Assembly (NCBI GenBank): GCA_050733195.1 | Contig: JBOHSH010000045.1 | Location: 16,088 to 80,087, forward strand | Direction of reading: 5' to 3' | DNA: 64,000 nt | Origin: Gemmatimonadales bacterium | Lineage (GTDB): Bacteria > Gemmatimonadota > Gemmatimonadetes > Gemmatimonadales > GWC2-71-9 | Shown here: piece after piece, positions 56,787 through 64,000 of the stretch | Numbering within the stretch: the stretch's first letter is position 1 | Layout of the letters: every line of letters begins with the position of its first letter | The notes under the pieces: model-generated | What the model was told of the DNA's origin: nothing | Databases searched by the model: none | The model's input: the letters and a program-made list of their open reading frames with translations, nothing else | Made by a program: the position numbers and the translations under genes

Positions 56787-59108
56787 TCAGCGGCCTTCCA
56801 GCACGGCGTCGGCCGCGGCGGACATGCGACGCGGGATCGCGTCGAGCCAGGCCCGCCGCAGCTCGTGCACCCGCCAGACGAGCGGGGTCTCTTCCGGCGC
56901 GAGCGTGATCTCGAGGACGCAGGGGTACTCGGGGGATTCGGTCTCGCAGACGAGGCCGATCGTCTCGCAGGGCACCCCGTGCGCGGCGGCAAGATCCGCG
57001 AGCGGCCCGGCCTGGTCGGCCGCGACGCTCACGATCACCCGGCCGGCGTCCTCGCCGTAGAGCAGCGCCTCGGGCGCGAGTCCGTCGCGCCGCAGCGTCA
57101 CGGTCGCCCCGAACGGGGCCAGCGCGTACGGCCCGCCGATACAGCATTCGGCCAGTGCGACGGCGATTCCCCCCTCCGCGCAGTCGTGGGCGCTCCGCAG
57201 GAGCCCCGCCCCGGCGGCGGCCAGGAGGAGTCGCTGGAGCCGGAGCTCGTGGTCCAGGTCCACGGGCGGCGGGGCTCCCCCGACGAACCCGTGCACCACT
57301 TCCCAGTAGGACGAGCCGCCCAGATGTCCGCGGGTGTCGCCCAGGAGAAGAATCCGGTCGCCGGCGCCGCGGAAATGGCTCCCGACTCGGCGGGTGACGT
57401 CGCGCAACAGTCCGACCATGCCCACGGTGGGCGTCGGGTCGATGGCCCCGCCGGGGCTCTCGTTGTAGAGCGACACGTTGCCGCCGGTGACCGGGGTGCC
57501 GAAGGCCCGACAGGCGTCGCCGATGCCGCGGCACGCCTCGCGGAACTGGAAGAACACGTCCGGCTTGTCGGGGTTGCCGAAATTGAGGCAGTCGGTGATC
57601 CCCAGGGGCTCCGCACCGCTGCATGCGATGTTCCTCGCGGCCTCGGCCACCGCGCTCTTGCCTCCCTCGTAGGGATCGAGGGCCACGTACCGCTGATTCA
57701 CGTCCACAGTGACGGCCAGGCCGAAGCCCGTGCCGGTCACGCGGAGCACGCCGGCGTCGCAGCCCGGACCGAAAACCGTCTCGCCCTGCACGGTCGAGTC
57801 GTACTGCTCGAAGACCCACCGCTTGCTGGCGATCGTGGGGTCGTCGAGCAGGAGCAGCAGCGCCTGATGCCGGCCTGCGCGCGGCGCCTCGAGCGGGCTC
57901 GCCGAGCGCCGCGCGATCGCCGCGGGAGCCTCGACGGCCTCGGGGTGGTACACCGGGCAGCCCTCGACCAGACGCTCCCCGGGGATGGCGGCCACGGTGA
58001 GGCCGTCATGCACGACGCGGAAGAGGCCGTCGTCCGTCACCCGTCCGATCGGCGTGGCGTCGAGCTCCCACTTCCGGCAGACGGCGCGGATGGCCTCGAT
58101 GCGCTCGGGTTCGGCCACGACGAGCATCCGTTCCTGCGACTCGGAGAGCATGATCTCGTACGGCGTCATGCCCGGCTCGCGGGTGGGCACGCGGGCGGTG
58201 TCGATCTCGACGCCGACGCCGCCGCGGGCGGCCATCTCCGCCGAAGAGCTGGTCAGGCCGGCGGCGCCCATGTCCTGGATGGCGACCACGAGGCCGCTCT
58301 CGATCAGCTCGAGCGTCGCCTCGAGGAGGAGCTTCTCGGTGAACGGATCGCCGACCTGCACCTGGGGGCGGCGCGACTCGCTCGCGCCGGAGAGCTCCTC
58401 GGACGCGAAGCTCGCCCCGTGGATCCCGTCGCGTCCCGTGCGCGAGCCCATCGCCAGCAGCACGTTGCCGACGCCGTGGGCGCGCGCGCGGATCAGATCG
58501 CGCTCCCGGAGCAGCCCCACGCACATCGCGTTGACCAGCGGGTTCCCGCTGTACCCCGGCGCGAAGGCGACCTCGCCGCCGAGCGTGGGCACGCCGACGC
58601 AGTTGCCGTAGTCGCCGACCCCCTTCACGATCCCGGCGAAGAGGTAGCGGTTCCGGGCCTCGTCCAGCGGTCCGAGCCGCAGGGAGTTGAGGACCGCCAC
58701 GGGCCGCGCGCCCATCGTGAAGACGTCCCGGAGGATCCCCCCGACGCCGGTCGCCGCGCCCTGATACGGCTCCACCGCGCTCGGGTGATTGTGGGACTCG
58801 ATCTTGAAGGCCACCGCCCAGCCGTCGGGGAGCCGGAGCACGCCGGCGTTCTCGCCGGGCCCCTGGATCACGTGCTCACCGGTGGTCGGGAAGGTCTTGA
58901 GGACCGGCTTCGTGTGCTTGTAGGAGCAGTGTTCCGACCAGAGCGCGGAGAAGATGCCCAGCTCGGTGAGCGTCGGCGTCCGCCCGAGCAGGCTCAGGAT
59001 CCCGGCGGACTCGCGGTCGTTGAGCCCGTGCTCGCGCACGACCTCGGCGGTCACGACCCGCTCGCCCGGGAAGGGGCGGGCTTCGGCGGGGAGGGTGCCC
59101 TGGATCAC
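56787..59108 (-). CDS. purL: phosphoribosylformylglycinamidine synthase subunit PurL
   Basis: GTG 59108. [38 protein letters not shown] and DCLNFGNP motifs. 773 aa. Confidence 0.95.
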   Translation of the reverse strand: MIQGTLPAEARPFPGERVVTAEVVREHGLNDRESAGILSLLGRTPTLTELGIFSALWSEHCSYKHTKPVLKTFPTTGEHVIQGPGENAGVLRLPDGWAVAFKIESHNHPSAVEPYQGAATGVGGILRDVFTMGARPVAVLNSLRLGPLDEARNRYLFAGIVKGVGDYGNCVGVPTLGGEVAFAPGYSGNPLVNAMCVGLLRERDLIRARAHGVGNVLLAMGSRTGRDGIHGASFASEELSGASESRRPQVQVGDPFTEKLLLEATLELIESGLVVAIQDMGAAGLTSSSAEMAARGGVGVEIDTARVPTREPGMTPYEIMLSESQERMLVVAEPERIEAIRAVCRKWELDATPIGRVTDDGLFRVVHDGLTVAAIPGERLVEGCPVYHPEAVEAPAAIARRSASPLEAPRAGRHQALLLLLDDPTIASKRWVFEQYDSTVQGETVFGPGCDAGVLRVTGTGFGLAVTVDVNQRYVALDPYEGGKSAVAEAARNIACSGAEPLGITDCLNFGNPDKPDVFFQFREACRGIGDACRAFGTPVTGGNVSLYNESPGGAIDPTPTVGMVGLLRDVTRRVGSHFRGAGDRILLLGDTRGHLGGSSYWEVVHGFVGGAPPPVDLDHELRLQRLLLAAAGAGLLRSAHDCAEGGIAVALAECCIGGPYALAPFGATVTLRRDGLAPEALLYGEDAGRVIVSVAADQAGPLADLAAAHGVPCETIGLVCETESPEYPCVLEITLAPEETPLVWRVHELRRAWLDAIPRRMSAAADAVLEGR

Positions 59109-59428
59109 CGGCCGCCCTTCCGCCGGGACAGCGCCGAGGCCACGTCGCCCAGGACCTTTCGGAACAGCCCCGGATCCTCGTGCTTCAGCAGCACGTCGAC
59201 CTCCCCGCGATCGAGCCAGAGTCCTCCACACTCGCCGCAGTGGTCCACCTGGATCGCGTGAAATTCGATGGTCTTGAGATCGGAGCCGTCCTTCGGGCAC
59301 TTCATGTAATGGCTCTTTCGCTCCGTCGCGATGCGCGATCGCTCCTCCTGGGCGCGGAGCCGGGCAATCTTCTCGGCCTCTTCGCGCGCGAAGTACTCGT
59401 CCTCGTTCCGGCTCGGCTTGTCGCTCAT
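59105..59428 (-). CDS. zinc-ribbon protein (zf-TFIIB-like CPxC...CxxCxGxWLD family), function unknown
   Basis: ATG 59428 gives [25 protein letters not shown]... then CPKDG...[18 protein letters not shown]. 107 aa. Its stop overlaps the purL GTG (GTGA). Confidence 0.75.
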   Translation of the reverse strand: MSDKPSRNEDEYFAREEAEKIARLRAQEERSRIATERKSHYMKCPKDGSDLKTIEFHAIQVDHCGECGGLWLDRGEVDVLLKHEDPGLFRKVLGDVASALSRRKGGR

Positions 59429-59432
59429 GTGT

Positions 59433-59460
59433 CCGTTGACCGTTGACCGTTGACCGTTCA
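59433..59460 (-). repeat. tandem heptamer array (minus strand TGAACGG TCAACGG TCAACGG TCAACGG)
   Basis: Read directly; the plus strand reads CCGTTGA x3 then CCGTTCA. The first minus-strand unit contains the purQ stop codon. The array fills the purQ to zinc-ribbon spacer. Confidence 0.85.
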
Positions 59461-60153
59461 CCCCGCGGGCTGGAACGCGCCCCACTGGAGCAGGGAAGCG
59501 AACACCCGGTGCCCCGCGTCCGATCCGAGGACCGGATCCGCGAGGCGCTCGGGATGGGGCATCATCCCGACCACGTTCCCGGCGGCGTTGCAGATGCCCG
59601 CGATGTCGCGCAACGAGCCGTTCGGATTGGCGGGGAAGTCGGGACTGCCGCCGATGTACCGGAGCACCACGCGGCGCTCGCTCTCGAGCTGGTCGAGGAC
59701 GGCGTCCGGCGCCACGTAACGGCCCTCGCCGTGGCCGATCGGGATCCGGATGACCTCCCGGTCGCGGTACGCGGACGTAAAGGCGGTGTCCGTCCGCTCG
59801 ATCCGGACGTCCACCGGGCGCGACAGATACTTGAGGCCGGCGTTGCGCATGAGGGCGCCGGGAAGCAGCCCCGCCTCGCAGAGAATCTGGAAGCCGTTGC
59901 AGACGCCGAGCACGGGGCCTCCGCGCTCTGCGTGCCGGCGCACGGCGGCCATGACGGGCGCGAACCGGGCGATGGCGCCGCTCCGGAGATAGTCGCCGTA
60001 GCTGAAACCGCCCGGCAGGAGCACGGCGTCGGCGCCGGCGAGATCGCTCTCGCGATGGAAGTGGTAGAACGGGTCTCCGCCGGCGCGCTCGACCGCCCGG
60101 AAGAGCTCGGGCTCGCAGTTGCTGCCGGGAAACCGGAGCACCGCGACGCGCAT
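59458..60153 (-). CDS. purQ: phosphoribosylformylglycinamidine synthase subunit PurQ (glutaminase)
   Basis: [36 protein letters not shown] (nucleophile Cys) and MMPHPER. 231 aa. The ATG at 60153 was confirmed. Confidence 0.95.
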   Translation of the reverse strand: MRVAVLRFPGSNCEPELFRAVERAGGDPFYHFHRESDLAGADAVLLPGGFSYGDYLRSGAIARFAPVMAAVRRHAERGGPVLGVCNGFQILCEAGLLPGALMRNAGLKYLSRPVDVRIERTDTAFTSAYRDREVIRIPIGHGEGRYVAPDAVLDQLESERRVVLRYIGGSPDFPANPNGSLRDIAGICNAAGNVVGMMPHPERLADPVLGSDAGHRVFASLLQWGAFQPAG

Positions 60154-60413
60154 CACGACGCGACCCGCGCTTCGACGTCGATCTCGAAGTCCTCGGTCAC
60201 GGGATTCGCCAGCAGTCGCTCGCACATCGCGCGCACGCGGTCGGCCGCGGCGTCGCGGGACGGGGCGGCCACCTCCAGAGCGATCGCCTTTCCGACGTGC
60301 ACGTTGCTGGCCTCGGAAAAGTTCAGCGCCGACAGCGCGTGCTCCACCGCCTGGCCCTGCGGATCGAGCAGGCCGGCGCGGGGGAGGATGCGCACGTGCA
60401 CGCGCCAGGTCAT
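60153..60413 (-). CDS. purS: phosphoribosylformylglycinamidine synthase subunit PurS
   Basis: 86 aa: V.V..R.G.LDPQG.AV..AL..L......V..GK..........A...V..MC..LLANP. ATGA overlaps on both sides. Confidence 0.9.
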   Translation of the reverse strand: MTWRVHVRILPRAGLLDPQGQAVEHALSALNFSEASNVHVGKAIALEVAAPSRDAAADRVRAMCERLLANPVTEDFEIDVEARVAS

Positions 60414-61195
60414 GGGGTACCACCTCCGGCGGTTGCGGGCTCGTCGCGGCTGATGAGCGTGAGGATGAAGTGGCGCAGGATCCCGAAGGTCATGTAGGCG
60501 ACGCCGACCGGAAAGAGCACGGACGAAGGGGCGATGACGGCGCCCACGAGGATGCCGAGCTGCAGCACGAGCCCGATGACCCCTCCGGTGGTGCGCAGGT
60601 CCACGGGCGCGTTCCGCGGGTACATCACCTTGCTCACCATCAGGACGGCGAGGAGCAGGATGAGAAACACGAGGCCCTGGTGCTCGAGGTCGAGATACGC
60701 GACCGAGCGCCGGTACCACTCGGTCTGGCTGAACGGATAATAGGCGGCGAGCGTCATTCCGGCCGATGGCGACGGCATCCCGACGAACCACCCGGGCGTG
60801 GGCTTGGTCGCGGCGAGCACATTGTACCGGGCGAGCCGCAGCGTCGCGGCGACCACGTAGAGGTAGCAGACCACCCAGCCGAAGCGGCCCGTCGTGCTCA
60901 GCTCCAGCAGGTACATCAGCAGGGCGGGCGCGACGCCGAAGGAGATCACGTCGACCAGCGAATCGAGCTCCGCGCCGAACCGGCTTCCGGTCTTCGACAT
61001 CCGGGCGACCCGGCCGTCCAGCATGTCGAGAATCGCCGCATAGAAGATGAACCACGACGCCTGCCGGAAGTTGCCGTTGAAGGCGGAGACGATCGACCAG
61101 AAGCCGAAGAAGAGGTTCCCGAGCGTGAAGGCGCTCGGGACGACCACGACCACGCGGCGGATCCCGGTTTTCGGCCGGGTCGGCGTCACGTCCAT
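60410..61195 (-). CDS. pssA: CDP-diacylglycerol--serine O-phosphatidyltransferase
   Basis: CDP-alcohol phosphatidyltransferase motif DMLDGRVARMSKTGSRFGAELDSLVD. Polytopic, 261 aa. Start at ATG 61195 inside ORF 60410..61426. Confidence 0.9.
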   Translation of the reverse strand: MDVTPTRPKTGIRRVVVVVPSAFTLGNLFFGFWSIVSAFNGNFRQASWFIFYAAILDMLDGRVARMSKTGSRFGAELDSLVDVISFGVAPALLMYLLELSTTGRFGWVVCYLYVVAATLRLARYNVLAATKPTPGWFVGMPSPSAGMTLAAYYPFSQTEWYRRSVAYLDLEHQGLVFLILLLAVLMVSKVMYPRNAPVDLRTTGGVIGLVLQLGILVGAVIAPSSVLFPVGVAYMTFGILRHFILTLISRDEPATAGGGTP

Positions 61196-61812
61196 CGCGC
61201 TACCACCGTGAGGCCCGCCCGGGTGGTGTCCCCGGGCCGGACCGATACGGTCGCCTGGGGCGGCACGAAGACGTCCACCCGCGAGCCGAACCGGATGAGT
61301 CCCATGCGCTGGCCTTGCGCCACCTCGGTGCCCTCGCCGTGATCCGTCACGATGCGGCGGGCGACGAGGCCCGCGATCTGGCGCACGAGGATGCGGCCGC
61401 CCCGCGTCTCCAGCCCGATACTGCACTGCTCGTTGTCCGCGGACGCCTTCTCCGCCATCGCGTTGAGGAACCGCCCCTGCATGTAGTGGCGGTAGACGAT
61501 GCGGCCGCCGGCCGGATAGCGGTTCACGTGCACGTCGAAGACGTTCATGAAGATGGAAACACGGGTCGCCTGGCCCCGCAGGAACGCCGGCTCGTCGATC
61601 GGAATCACGCTCACGACCTTCCCGTCGGCGGGGGCGATCACGAGATCGTCTCCACGGGGCCCGTTCCGCACGGGATCGCGAAAGAAGGCGAGCACCCAGA
61701 TCGCCGCGGGAAGCCAGAGCGCGAAGGCGGGCCAGACCTGGAGCCAGGCGAGCACCGCCGCCACGATCCAGGCTCCGAGGATGAACGGCCAGCCCTCGGG
61801 GGCCACCCGCAT
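61186..61812 (-). CDS. psd: phosphatidylserine decarboxylase (short form proenzyme)
   Basis: 208 aa with two N-terminal TM segments, FMNVFDVHVNR, and the self-cleavage motif FGSRVD near the C-terminus. Confidence 0.9.
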   Translation of the reverse strand: MRVAPEGWPFILGAWIVAAVLAWLQVWPAFALWLPAAIWVLAFFRDPVRNGPRGDDLVIAPADGKVVSVIPIDEPAFLRGQATRVSIFMNVFDVHVNRYPAGGRIVYRHYMQGRFLNAMAEKASADNEQCSIGLETRGGRILVRQIAGLVARRIVTDHGEGTEVAQGQRMGLIRFGSRVDVFVPPQATVSVRPGDTTRAGLTVVARWT

Positions 61813-62732
61813 CAGCCCGCCTCCGGCAGCTCGGAGCCGGTGATCAGCCGATACGCTTCGACGTAGCGTGCCGTCGTGGCGGAGACGACGTCCGCCGGCA
61901 GCGCGGGCGGCGGCGCTTCACCGTTCCAGCGACCCTCGGCCCTGAGCCGGGCGAGGAAGTCCCGGAGCGGCTGCTTGTCGAAGCTCGGCTGGGGTCGGCC
62001 CGGGCGATAGCCGTCGCTCGGCCAGAAGCGGGAAGAGTCGGGCGTGAGGACCTCGTCGATCAGGACGAGCTCGCCCGCGCCGCCGATCCCGAACTCGAAC
62101 TTGGTGTCGGCGATGATGATGCCGCGCGACTCGGCGTGGGCGCCGCCCGCGGCGAAGAGCGCCAGGGACCGGCCGCGGAGCTCTTCGGAGAGCCGGTCTC
62201 CCAGCGCCGCGCGCATCGTGTCGAACGTCACGTTCTCGTCGTGCCCGCTCTCCGCCTTGGTCGCCGGCGAGAAGATCGGATGCGGGAAACGGTCGCTTTC
62301 CCCGAGACCCGGGGGCAGCCGCTCCCCCGCCAGCGTGCCGGTTTCCCGGTACTCGCGCCACGCGGAGCCGGAGAGATAGCCACGGACCACGCACTCGAAG
62401 GCGACGGGCTCCGTGCGCCTGACGAGCGTCGCACGGCCGGCGATCGCCTCGCGGTGACCGCGAAGCGCGGGGATCCGCCCGAGGATCTCGTCGGTATCCG
62501 CGGTCAGGAAATGGTGAGGGCCGAGGTGTCCGAGCCTCCGGCCCCAGAAGGCGCTGAGCTGCGTCAGCACCCGTCCCTTTCGCGGCACGGGCTCCGCCAT
62601 GACGACGTCGAAGGCGCTCACCCGGTCGCTCGCGACGAGCAGGAGATGGGCCTGGTCGACCTCGTAGACCTCGCGGACCTTCCCCCGCCGCCAGAGGGGC
62701 AGGGGCAGCCGGCTCGCCACCATCACGGTCAT
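61812..62732 (-). CDS. purC: phosphoribosylaminoimidazole-succinocarboxamide synthase
   Basis: ATG 62732 gives MTVMVASRLPLPLWRRGKVREVY. ASDRVSAFD, ADTKFEFG, DEVLTPDSSRFW and DKQ.LRD motifs. 306 aa. Confidence 0.95.
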   Translation of the reverse strand: MTVMVASRLPLPLWRRGKVREVYEVDQAHLLLVASDRVSAFDVVMAEPVPRKGRVLTQLSAFWGRRLGHLGPHHFLTADTDEILGRIPALRGHREAIAGRATLVRRTEPVAFECVVRGYLSGSAWREYRETGTLAGERLPPGLGESDRFPHPIFSPATKAESGHDENVTFDTMRAALGDRLSEELRGRSLALFAAGGAHAESRGIIIADTKFEFGIGGAGELVLIDEVLTPDSSRFWPSDGYRPGRPQPSFDKQPLRDFLARLRAEGRWNGEAPPPALPADVVSATTARYVEAYRLITGSELPEAG

Positions 62733-64000
62733 ACGCTCACCTCCGCACTCTCCGCCGCCGCCGCGAGCCTGCCCGCGCGCTCGAGCGCCGGCGCGAGGGT
62801 CTCGCGGAGAAACTCGCCGACCTGCGCCTCGGAGCGGCCCGTGTAACGGGCGGGCTCGAGCTCCGCGGCGAGGGCGGTCGCCGGGACGCTCCGGAAGGCG
62901 GGATGCGCGGCCATCCGTTCGAGCAGCACGTTGGGCTTTCCCGCGCTGACCTCCTCCGCCGCGCGCAGGCTCTCCGTCCGGATCACCTCGTGCAGCCCCT
63001 GCCGGTCGCCCCCGGCCTGCACGCCGAGCATGAGCCAGCGCTCCGTCGCCATGAACGGCATCTGCTCCTCCACGTGACGGGCGATCACCGCCTCCCGCAC
63101 CTCGAGCCCGGTCGCGACGTTGGTGGCCAGGATCAGGATGGCGTCGGCCGTCAGAAACGCCTGCGGCAGGACGAGCCGCCGGTTCGCGCTGTCGTCGAGC
63201 GTGCGCTCCAGCCACTGCGACGCCGCGGTCTGCGCCGTGTTCTGCTGAAGAGAGATGAGAAACCGGGCCAGTCCGGAGATCCGCTCCGCCCGCATCGGAT
63301 TCCGCTTGTACGCCATGGCGCTGGAGCCGATCTGCTCCGACTCGAAGGGCTCGAGCAACTCGCCCTCGTGCTGCAGGAGGCGGAGATCGCCCGCCAGCTT
63401 GGCGGCCGACTGGGCGAGGCCCGAGAGGGTGTCGAGGATGGCGCTGTCCTGCTTCCGCGAATAGGTCTGCCCGCCGGCCGCGAACGACCGCGCGAACCCC
63501 ATGCGCTCGGTGACCCGCCGGTCGAGCTCGCGAACCCGGGCATGATCGCCGCCGAAGAGCTCCAGGAACGACGCCTGCGTGCCGGTCGTGCCCTTGCAGC
63601 CGCGGAAGCGCACCGTCTCGAGCCGGTAACAGATCTCCTCGGCGTCGAGGAGAAAGTCCTGGGCCCACAGCACGGCTCGCTTGCCGACCGTCGTGAGCTG
63701 CGCGGGCTGGAAGTGGGTGTAGGCGAGGCAGGGGAGGGATGCGTGACGTTCGGCGAACCCGGCCAACGCGCGAAGCAGCGCGATGAGGCGGCCCAGCAGG
63801 AGGCGGAGGCCGTCACGCATCACGAGGAGGTCGGCGTTGTCGGCCACGAAGGCGCTGGTCGCGCCGAGGTGCAGGTACGGCCTCGCCGCGGGCGCCTGAT
63901 CGCCGAGGGCGTGGATGTGGGCCATGACGTCGTGCCGGAACCGCCGCTCGTATTGCGTGACCGCCGACAGGTTCGCGTCGTCGAGGTGCTCGCGCAGCGC
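62729..64000 (-). CDS. purB: adenylosuccinate lyase (5' end runs off the window)
   Basis: HLGATSAFV, THFQPAQ and the signature SSAMAYKRNPMRAE. Reading upstream of Met 63925 continues in frame as ...ALREHLDDANLSAVTQYERRFRHDV to the window edge, so the gene is partial here. Confidence 0.9.
   Translation of the reverse strand, partial: ALREHLDDANLSAVTQYERRFRHDVMAHIHALGDQAPAARPYLHLGATSAFVADNADLLVMRDGLRLLLGRLIALLRALAGFAERHASLPCLAYTHFQPAQLTTVGKRAVLWAQDFLLDAEEICYRLETVRFRGCKGTTGTQASFLELFGGDHARVRELDRRVTERMGFARSFAAGGQTYSRKQDSAILDTLSGLAQSAAKLAGDLRLLQHEGELLEPFESEQIGSSAMAYKRNPMRAERISGLARFLISLQQNTAQTAASQWLERTLDDSANRRLVLPQAFLTADAILILATNVATGLEVREAVIARHVEEQMPFMATERWLMLGVQAGGDRQGLHEVIRTESLRAAEEVSAGKPNVLLERMAAHPAFRSVPATALAAELEPARYTGRSEAQVGEFLRETLAPALERAGRLAAAAESAEVSV

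Overview
The window is a very GC-rich (I estimate about 70%, not computed), densely packed bacterial chromosomal segment. I call about 58 protein-coding genes, one tmRNA gene and one decayed gene. I saw no rRNA, tRNA, CRISPR array, transposase or integrase.

The content is mostly core housekeeping:
- aroA-cmk-rpsA
- an acyl-CoA carboxylase cluster
- rplM-rpsI, then rpsB-tsf-pyrH-frr-uppS-cdsA-dxr-rseP
- rpsO-pnp-M16 peptidase-ald-dut
- mreBCD-mrdA-rodA
- accD-folC
- hisS-proS-lysA-guaA
- a long minus-strand string: purB-purC-psd-pssA-purS-purQ-(zinc ribbon)-purL-purF-ppdK

Genes are very often joined by 1-4 nt ATGA/GTGA/TGATG stop-start overlaps. The envelope genes (MreBCD, RseP, PtsN, a lipobox lipoprotein family with 6-bladed propeller features) suggest a Gram-negative, possibly Gemmatimonadota-like organism. 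That attribution is inference only.

Observations worth a second look, strongest first:
1. A stripped-down operon encodes a GspE/PilB-type ATPase fused to a receiver domain, a second receiver, an unknown membrane protein and a single pilin.
2. Three heptanucleotide tandem arrays each start in or at the stop codon of the upstream gene. One is G-quadruplex-like.
3. An acyl-CoA carboxylase alpha subunit is split by an rRNA methyltransferase gene.
4. The conserved N-terminus of folC has no canonical start codon.
5. An M19 dipeptidase remnant lies beside ssrA.
6. The pur string carries phospholipid genes, a zinc-ribbon gene and ppdK.
7. A dus-larB-corA-diguanylate cyclase string contains an orphan larB.

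Many long ORFs in the track are antisense shadows or N-terminal over-extensions typical of high-GC DNA, and I rejected them.
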